DNA of 63,518 bases, the filler included, from Octopus bimaculoides (lineage: Eukaryota): assembly GCF_001194135.2 (NCBI RefSeq). It is 8 parts of 7 records of this genome, joined end to end, with 100 filler letters (N's around TTAATTAATTAA, not from the genome) between each part and the next. Parts side by side here need not be neighbours in the genome. Positions count along the whole stretch, not along the records: positions 20,287 to 28,034 come from NC_069000.1; positions 28,135 to 31,469 come from NC_068997.1; positions 31,570 to 40,274 come from NC_068989.1; 5 more parts are not named here. One strand, 5' to 3'. Shown piece by piece: positions 25,432-34,449 of the stretch (positions within the stretch are counted from its first letter, which is position 1; every line of letters begins with the position of its first letter). The notes under the pieces were generated by a model. The model did not search any database. It was not told where the DNA came from and saw nothing but the letters and a program-made list of their open reading frames with translations. Both the position numbers and the translations under genes were made by a program.

Positions 25432-25704
25432 CCACAGGCATATAGCATAGTGGTTTAGAGTGCAGGCTACTAACTCCAAGATTCTGAGTTCAATTTCAAG
25501 CAGTGACCTGAATAATAATATTAAAAATAATAATAATGACATAGAAAAATACCTGAGGAATGAGAACCCAGGTTTGAAATATCCTCAAGAAACCTGATGA
25601 AAACTGGAGGGAATATCAGCTGAAACATAGTGTTCACAACAAACAAGATGAGAATAAATATCAGTCAAATGAAAATAATGTACATAATTCCTCATATCTT
25701 AAAT
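25432..25704 (+). mobile_element. tRNA-headed SINE with hammerhead-bearing tail, copy 2 (inverted relative to copy 1)
   Basis: Colinear with the reverse complement of 25052-25366 over its whole length. Confidence 0.75.
25589..25634 (+). ncRNA. Type I hammerhead in SINE tail, core intact but stems damaged
   Basis: GAAAC-CUGAUGA-A-AACUG/GAGGGAAUAU/CAGCU-GAAAC-AUA-GUGUU. Confidence 0.6.
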
Positions 25705-25889
25705 GAGTGAAACAAGTAAAAGAGATATATATATTTATATATATAGGCAAGGAATAATAAATCTCTATTGGCACATATACTATATATATNNNNNNNNNNN
25801 NNNNNNNNNNNNNNNNNNNNNNNNNNNNNNNNNNNNNNNNNNNNNNNNNNNNNNNNNNNNNNNNNNNNNNNNNNNNNNNNNNNNNNNNN

Positions 25890-25963
25890 TGGAAAATGTG
25901 GATTTCTATAAACTTTAAAAACGGCTTCACACAGACACAAAACTTCAGCTTTATATATTAAGA
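25890..25963 (-). mobile_element. Helitron-like 5' terminus (runs into a gap)
   Basis: The reverse complement TCTTAATATATAAAGCTGAAG... is nearly identical to 27689-27761. Confidence 0.45.
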
Positions 25964-26164
25964 TTAATATTATCTCGGTTTAAAAAAACCAAACCTTGAC
26001 AATGTAAATATGTTAATAGTTACCATGGGTAGCAAAAGTCACACAAAAAAACCAGGATATCACACCTGTTTTATAGGTAGAGATACCAAGTTAAAGTAAT
26101 GCATTTTGAGTAGATATGAATAATAATAATAAATGGAGTAAAACGCATATAAACAAAAGTTCCT

Positions 26165-26259
26165 TTAATTCCTACACATGTTTCAAAACATATGTGTACT
26201 CTACTCCAAAGAAGTAAGAGGTGCTGGAATTGCACATATATTGATCGTCAGGGGACCAA
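26165..26259 (-). ncRNA. Type I hammerhead with long stem II insertion, core intact
   Basis: UUGGUCCC-CUGACGA-UC-AAUAUAUGUG...CACAUAUGUU-UU-GAAAC-AUGU-GUA-GGAAUUAA. Stem I pairs at 7/8 positions and ACAUGUGU is self-complementary with G-U. Confidence 0.65.
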
Positions 26260-26639
26260 CATATAGAAGCAAGACAAATGCGAAATGATAAGGTTACGTA
26301 CGAGTTATAATATTATATGGCCATGTAAGTGTCCGTTAGAAAGAAGAACTCTGGTTTACATAGAGTTATTACGGGAGGGAGGCTGTAAACGCTATACTAA
26401 AGGTTTAAATTAAATGATTAAAATAGGGGAAGGCAAAATGGATCACAGTAAAATTAGTAAACAAAAGCTGTAAGCTATAAGCTAAACAAGAGGTGGAGGA
26501 AGGAAGAGAATCCAGAGAATTCATCGTATATAATAATTTCTCTTTAAGAAAAAAAATAACAACATACTGATTTGAAGCGAAGAATATAAATATATATATA
26601 TAATACAAATAATAAATGAGACGAAGAATTGTTCATGCT

Positions 26640-27645
26640 AGCTTTGATAAATAGGAGGGGGCTGATAACAGAACCTTGGTGGACCCCTATCTCTACCCAG
26701 AATTCTTCACTGTACTCATTGCCAACCCTCACCTTACTGACAGCGTCTCTGTACATGACTCGCACAGCTCTCACTAATCATTCTTCTATCCCTTGTTTCC
26801 TCATTGACCACCAGATAAGGGATCGGGGGACCCTGTCAAAGGCTTTCTCCATGTCAACAAAAGCCAAGTACAGAGGTTTATCTTTGGCTAGGTATTTCTC
26901 CTGTAGTAATCTAACCAGAAATATAGCATCAGTAGTGTTTTCCCTGGCACAAACCCAAACTGCATCTCATCTAAACTGACTCGCTCCCTAAGTAGTAGGG
27001 CTATGATCCTCTCCGTGATCTTCATTACTTGATCCAACAACTTGATTCCTCTATAATTATTTGTATCTAAAGCATCACCTTTACCTTTGTAGCAGTTGAC
27101 TATGGTGCTGATACACCAGTCATTGGTTATGACTCCTTCATGTATCACCTGGTTAACTATATGGGTGACTAGGCCATAGGCGACACCGCTAGATATTTTG
27201 AGCATCTCTGTGGTGATTCCTGATGGGCCGGGGGCTTTCCCTGTATTCATACCCTTAATTGCTCTATCTACCAAGGTACCGTGAATTCGGATAGCTAGTC
27301 CTTCTATTGGGTTGGCATTCAGCAGACTCTCTTTCTCCCATTCATTCTCTTTATTGAGCAACCTTTCATAGTGGCATCTCCAAACCTCTCCCTTTGAAGC
27401 CTCATTTAATGCAAGTGTACCATCATCTATGCGAACACATTTCTCTCTCACAACATCACAATTCTTTCTCACACACTGTCTTGCAACACAGAATACTTCA
27501 AGTCTTTGGTCCTCGCCGCACAGAACATTGGCAAACTTTTTCTTATCTGCTTCCCCTCTGGCTAAATAAACCTGTCTCCTAGCTTCCCTTCTGGCAGTCT
27601 GATACAATTCCTTGCTACCTCCGTTCTTCCAATCCTTCCAAGCCT
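26640..27645 (-). mobile_element. RTE-clade LINE reverse-transcriptase fragment
   Basis: ORF 26888-27607 (GKAPGPSGIT...NYRGIKLL...EMQFGF). It continues by frameshift into AFVDMEKAFDRVP and GVHQGSVISPLLF. Confidence 0.9.
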
Positions 27646-27688
27646 ATATACATATATATATAGATATACAGATATAGAAATATATATA

Positions 27689-28034
27689 TCTTAATATATA
27701 AAGCTGAAGTTGTGTGTGTGTGTGAAGCCTTTTTAAAAGTTTATAGAAATCCACATTTTCCACTTTTTCGTAAAAATATTTACATCAATGGAATTTTCTT
27801 GATGTGAACTTTCGAGTGCAGTAATTAGATTTTTAAAATTCCGTTTACTTTGTGTGAATTAAGGGAGATTTGGCTGTCATTTCTAGCAACTTTTATATTC
27901 CTTCCCTTCTCCCTGTACCGACGTTGTTATAGAGAGTAAGAGTAAAAGAGGGAGAGGGAGTGAGAGAGAGAAAGTGATACATACAAAGTCATAGATTAAC
28001 TTTGTTACATTTTACACTCTTACTTCTTCTTCCC
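27689..28034 (+). mobile_element. Helitron-like 5' portion (runs into a gap)
   Basis: A|TCTTAATATATAAAGCTGAAG start, homologous to 25890-25963. Confidence 0.45.
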
Positions 28035-28134
28035 NNNNNNNNNNNNNNNNNNNNNNNNNNNNNNNNNNNNNNNNNNNNTTAATTAATTAANNNNNNNNNN
28101 NNNNNNNNNNNNNNNNNNNNNNNNNNNNNNNNNN

Positions 28135-28169
<35 letters not shown>

Positions 28170-29599
28170 AATGCAAAACGCATTGCTCACACAGTTACAA
28201 AGCCACTAATATTTACATATGCACATGCATACACATACAGCATTCACTTTAATTTAAACAAACAAAAAAAATAAGATGCACTCACTCACAGAAATACACA
28301 TGCATGTATTCACAAACTCATGATTCGACTTTTGAGGCACAGAAACTTTGGAACAGAAAGTGACATATAGGGACAGAGAAGAGAGTCATAGGGATAGAGA
28401 GAGGAAGTGAGAAAGAGTGAAATATATATATAGAGAGAGAGAGAGAGAGAAAGAAAAAAGAGACAGTGAGTGAGAGTAAGAATGAAGAGCTAGTCTAAAA
28501 TGGTGTTGTGTTGGTTAGGGTAAGAACAGCGATCGAGCAAAAACGTTCACAACGTGGTCCAGTGTAGTGTAACAGGGGCGGTATGGGGAAAGCTATTTGG
28601 CAATTGGGGACAGTTGGGGTGTTTGTGATTGATGGGATCATCCAATAGGATCAGTAAAGGGTGATAAAACGCTAGAGTGGGGTTACATAGAATATGGTGG
28701 TTGCGCTAGATAATTTAGTGATCAGAAGGAAACGATTTTTATTTGTAGTCAATTGAATTCTTGAGAAATAAGTTTAAAATATACATATTCTATTATTATT
28801 TCACTGGTTGCAGTCATTAAACTTTGGCCAATCTGGAGTCTCACTTTGTTCTATGGTAAAGTCGATTATATCGACTTCCTCCCCAGTTGCTCATTGATAT
28901 TTATTCTTCCCTTTTTTTTTTTTTTTTGATCTTGACTCAAGTCAGAAAATTTATGATCCTTGTTTTGATCGAGGATATTTAAGTGTAAAAATTTTACCCT
29001 CACTTTGATCGAGCGAACAAATGTCGTTGATCCTAGGTTTAATCTGGCAGACGTAGACGTTATAGCGATTACCATCATGTTATGTATATCTTAAAGCACA
29101 TCGTCCAATGTAAAGTTCTTCTTCTAATAATGTTAGGAACTGTTTCAGAGGAGATTTTGCTAATTTTTGTAGCAGTTCTAACAATCCATCGAGTATCTTC
29201 GACACTTAAAATGTTTTATCAGTAAAAACTTATTTCATTAATGTAAGGAAGAATAAAAGTCAAAACTCATATTCAACGGGATCTGAACTCGGAATGTAAA
29301 GAAGTGAAAGGTGTTTTTATCCGAGGCGTTGTCGATTCAGTCTTCCACAATATGTACTACTAATTTTTGTGTCATCTATAATTACTTTTTTAAGATTTTA
29401 TTTTCCTTTCATAGAAATTATTTGTTGAATATGCAATTATATCTAAGATACATATGGAATCCACTTTGGATCTTTCGTAACACGTTTAATACGTGCTTGA
29501 TTTATATGGATGAGTAGCTGTAAGACAGTTTGTTTTATAACGTTAGTACTATCATCAGCGGAACATTTCGTACATACATCAATAGTTGTTTGCATGGGC

Positions 29600-30400
29600 A
29601 ACCATGACACTTTTAACGAGTTCCGCAGATTGAACATCAAAAGTAGAAAGGTACTGACCAACACTGGCAACTTTCATATCAACAGCGACAACAATAGAAT
29701 ATTTCTGAGAGAAATGATGATGGTACAGGCATACAGTTAGTCCAAACAGCATTTGAATATCACTTGGTATCACTCAGACAACATCTGCTGAACAGTAAAG
29801 AAAGAAATTAGTGCTTTACATGCATACTCAAAAGTGTGAGCAACATCTTCCACGTTGGGGAAAAACTACTGTGCAGGTACTCGCAGAATAAAACTGTCTC
29901 CTGCAACCCAAAACAGGTTGGACTGACCTATCTAAACAGATGCTTGGAGGAGAAGCAGTCAACATACCAGCAAAAAAGCGATTCATTTGGTAAATATCCT
30001 GGAAGCTAGAGAATAACAACAGCATTGACAGAAAGAGTTGCCTCTCCTGGATCTGTAATAGATTCATTAGATACCACTAGAAAGATACGCCTTCACTCCC
30101 TCACTATTCAGGTACAGGAATTAGCTACTAAATCCATGATAAACAAGAGATACAAATATACTACCAAGCCTCAACGTTGTGATAGAAAGCGTTCGCTCTG
30201 CAATACCAATTTGGATGATATCATTCACATTATCAGCAGCTGCTCCAAAATGTCTACAAGATACCATCTGCCCTTGAAGCATGATAAAGTCGCAAAAATT
30301 AACAACGTTGTCCGCAGGAAGAATTGCGCGGACATATACATGAAAGGTATGTCAGAACCAGCAAAGAATACTAGTGGAAGATTCCTATAAAAACAGCAAT
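29600..30400 (+). mobile_element. Heavily decayed R4/NeSL-type (RLE-clade) LINE fragment
   Basis: LNIKSRKVLTNTGNFHINSD..RI resembles the RT thumb, and LCNTNLDDIIHIISSC....YHLPLKHDKVAK resembles the CCHC knuckle/RHD motif. Confidence 0.6.
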
Positions 30401-30443
30401 TCGGTCCAAACATAACAAACCGTGAATATGAACAAAATACAGC

Positions 30444-30651
30444 TAGCATGCCGGGTGAAATGCTTAGCGGTAGTTCGTCTGCTGTGACGTTCTGAGTTCA
30501 AATTCCGCCGAGGTCGACTTTGCCTTTCATCCTTTCGGGGTCGATAAATTAAGTACCAGTTACGCACTGGGGTCGATGTAATCGACTTAATCCCTTTGTC
30601 TGTCCTTGTTTGTCCCCTCTATGTTTAGCCCCTTGTGGGCAATAAAGAAAT
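30444..30651 (+). mobile_element. tRNA-derived SINE (family A, ccccttgtgggc tail), 5'-truncated
   Basis: Nearly identical to 34191-34424. Confidence 0.85.
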
Positions 30652-30652
30652 A

Positions 30653-30826
30653 GGTAGTTCGTCTTTCTTTACGTTCTGAGTTCAAATTCCACCGAGGTCG
30701 ACTTTGCCTGTCATCCTTTCGGGGCCGATAAATTAAGTACTAGTTGCGTACTGGGTTTGATCTAATCGACTGGCCCCCTCCCCAAAAAAGGCTTCGGGTC
30801 TTGTGCCTAGAGCAGAAAAGAATATT
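30653..30826 (+). mobile_element. tRNA-derived SINE (family A, ggtcttgtgccta tail), tandem to previous copy
   Basis: Same core as the previous copy, with a tail like 19165-19372. Confidence 0.8.
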
Positions 30827-31435
30827 GAACACGAGTTGTCCATGCTGCATCTACTATTGCGCTTTGCTGATGCCATCTTGTCTATTTCATACAAAAACTC
30901 TCTTTTTGCTACAAAAATTCAGCCATTAGGATGGATTCCATTTGACAGTGAATCCTAGCATTGGTGAGGAATTTGAGAGTTTCAGACACTTGTTAATCGA
31001 GACTAAACAAGAAAGGGCTCAAATACTGTGGGTTATTATCTGCTTAAATATCATACAGACATGTTCTTTACTTTAAAATTGAGATTGTGTTCACGAATCT
31101 GAATATATCAATCTTCTGCGCATATTAAACCAGGAACAATTCCACGACTTTGCAGGTCGATAAATACTTGTTCATTACAAAATTTTTTGGCAGAATCAAA
31201 CCTAAGTCAGACGTAATTTATGAACCGACAAAGAAACATTCACGTAATCACATAGCATGGTTGATGCAGTAATCAAAATGTCCTCAATTTAAATATTACA
31301 GTCTTAAATGAACCAAGGGAATTATTGAATAATTTACTCTCATATATTCTGTCTGGAAACAGAACAAACAATCATAATGACAAATAGAAGGAACTACAAC
31401 AGGTTTTCTATGTGTGTGTATGTATGTATGTATGC

Positions 31436-31469
<34 letters not shown>

Positions 31470-31760
31470 NNNNNNNNNNNNNNNNNNNNNNNNNNNNNNN
31501 NNNNNNNNNNNNNTTAATTAATTAANNNNNNNNNNNNNNNNNNNNNNNNNNNNNNNNNNNNNNNNNNNNGTGTTGGTGTTGGTCTGTCTTTAGTTGTTGT
31601 TGGTGGTGTTGTTTCTGTTTTTGACTCAGGTGGTGGTGTTGTTTGGTTGGGTTGGTTTGTTCGTTGTTGCCGTTCTTTCGTTTTCGCATATAGCTGCTTG
31701 ATCAGTTGTGCATACGGTGGTGTGGGTAATAATGCTGGTGTTTTGGGTTTTTGGTTTTCC

Positions 31761-31819
<59 letters not shown>

Positions 31820-33989
31820 CGTGTGTGTATCTGCATTTATTAGCAACGTTCGCGTAAACACCATTTTCGAGATATGCTCTTTTCCGTCAAAAAACAACTT
31901 ATCTATTCGATACGTAAAGCTTAATAAACTAAGTACCAGTCTGAAATTGTTGAGGAGGTTGATATGATCGACAAAAACCTTTGAAGTTTGTGTCAAGCAT
32001 GGCTGCATCCCAATGGCGGAAAACAGTACAAGCAAACTTGCTCTTTACAAAGCATACGAGCTGGCATTATTGAAAGCAAGAATAGAATATCTAAGACAAA
32101 CGAAATTTATGAAAGCAAAAGGTATGTTTTTAGATCATTTGAAGATATTGATCTTGCTTTCTATTGTATTACATTGTGAAACATCTCGTAAGGAGATTGA
32201 ACGCCTATTGAAGACATCGATTTCCTTATTTCTTAGGAATAATGTAAAGTAATAGTTTCGTTGTACCTCCTTTGTGGCCAATAAAGAACATGACCTCTCG
32301 ATGTTTATCTAGAGAAGCACAGGTTATTTTCTTTTACGATTATCTATAACGGGAATTTTGTTGCATGTAAGTTTTCTTGGTTAAGCTTTTTGCTTCACGA
32401 TTAAGTGCTTTCGAGCACGATACCTCTGCACTGGGCCTTAGCCAAGTATCTTGCGCCATTGCCTCGAGTTGTCAAATGCCTTCTGAATTAAATCGGGCAG
32501 ACGGAAACTATGAAGAAGTGCTCTCGAGTCACTATCCCTATGATGGTAGACGCTAGTGTGAGATTGAACCCGCTTCCCACTTTAATATCTTACTCATTTG
32601 GTGTCTTTAACGGATTCCAATCTGTGCAAATATCTAGACGAGATCTTTGGTGTAATGATAAATTTCTACTTTTCTTCTACCATTTCCAGTGTTACATGAA
32701 AGGAGTTAAGCACGCCCGCACTACATCCTCTGAAGAAGTCACACGGGAAAAAAAACTGGTAACTATTTACATCTACGAGAACTCCAGTATTGAGTGGTCA
32801 GTGTCATGTTTCCGGAGTGCTGGGATCTGAACTTTTGACCCTTTCTTAACAGAAGTTTATCAAACTGATTAAACTTCCTCCTTCGACTAACACATATTTG
32901 ATGAACATTCCTAGTTAGAATTTGTTCGTGCTATTTATTTACAACTAGAACTTTTAATACGATGTAATTTCAGTCTTAATAATTTCCTCGTCATCTCAAC
33001 ACCGCATAATTTATTAATCTATCAAACAACCCATTCTTAATTTCTCATTTTATTTACTAATTATTTTTTCATTCCAAATATTTTTGTCTCTTATCTTTAT
33101 ATTTTTCTCTCCTTAGTTTAAAATAGTCGCTTTAACAATTCTTCAGTATAGTATAACTGTCAAGATCAAACAAGTAATTCTTAATTTTATTTGCTTTGAC
33201 GTCATTTTAAATTTCTGCACTATAAAATTAATTTTCATAAAATTACATGGCGAAGTGAAAAAAAAAAAGTTGAAATGCATAAAATAGAAAAATAGCCACT
33301 TTAGACTAGAAATATTTTTTTATTAGCTTTGCTGTTTTCCTCTTTTTATGTGTTTATGTTTTCCTTTTGTAATCTTTATTTTCATGTAAATCTCCTAACC
33401 CTATGTTCCACCAACACCAGTATTACATGGAGCTAAAATCATGCAAATATATCAACAGAAGCTCTAGCTATTTTAAAACTCAGTATAAAAATACAATGAT
33501 GAATGACTTTTAGGTTACTTGATGAGGCAGTGGATAGAAAGAATTGCATTCTGGTATATCTTACTTCTTTTCATTCATTGCCAAATTCATCACATAGTTT
33601 TGTCTATTTTGTTTACTGCTTCTTTTTCTCCTTTTATTTAATTCTTTTAAAATAAACATAGTAAAATAAAACAGATGAGAAGAAAGTCTTCGAATAAAAA
33701 CCAACGAATCGTGAATGAAAGAGACAACTAAAAGCTTTGAAAAAGTATGATTTTTTTTTTAAGCAAGACAAAAACAAAGTTAATCCTCAATGTGAATTTA
33801 TTATCAATGACTTTGTTGCCTGTGGTGGTGCCACCATGACATACAATGTGTTTTGAGTATTTATATTCCGACCTAGCGGAGCCCAAAGGCGATTTCTTCA
33901 AGAAGAAAGAGAGATAGACGGAAAGAATGAGTGAAAGAAGAAATCTACTACAGCAATTGAATCTAAAGGATCAGAGGTTCTTCCTGCAC

Positions 33990-34449
33990 CCTAAGGCCAT
34001 AAGGCCAGTTTCTATGGAGTAAATATTCCTTCCTGGACGGGACGCTTATCTTGTTTACTCATTTTTGCCAGCTGAATGGACTGAACCAACGTGAAATGAA
34101 GTGTTTTGCTCAAGAACACAATGCATCGCCAGATTCAGAAATCGAAACCACAATCTTACTATCATGAGTGCAACACTCTAAGCCATATTCGAAGGCGGCG
34201 AGCTGGCAGAAACGTTAGCACGCCGGGCGAAATGCTTAGCGGTATTTCGTCTGCCGCTACGTTCTGAGTTAAAATTCCGCCGAGGTCGACTTTGCCTTTC
34301 ATCCTTTCGGGGTCGATTAAATAAGTACCAGTTACGCACTGGGGTCGGTATAATCGACTTAATCCGTTTGTCTGTCCTTGTTTGTCCCCTCTGTGTGTAG
34401 CCCCTTGTGGGTAGTAAAGAAATAACTCTAAGCCATATTCCTCCACACA
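33990..34449 (-). mobile_element. Older tRNA-derived SINE interrupted by a younger family-A SINE
   Basis: Removing 34191-34440 restores (reverse complement) gtgtggaggaatatggcttagagtgttgcactcatga...gtttcgattt...tgtgttcttgagcaaaacacttcatttcacgttg. Confidence 0.6.
34191..34424 (+). mobile_element. Full-length family-A SINE with perfect 16-bp target-site duplication
   Basis: ACTCTAAGCCATATTC at 34175-34190 and at 34425-34440. Confidence 0.9.

Noticed and set aside
32013-32127. MAENSTSKLALY... ORF with a strong AAG|GTATGT donor
   Set aside because: The ATG lies in a decayed SINE tail (agcatggc..aatg..gaaaacagta), there is no good acceptor, and the peptide is not recognisable.
32725-32765. CTGAAGA...GAAA motif
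   Set aside because: Stems I and II cannot be formed.
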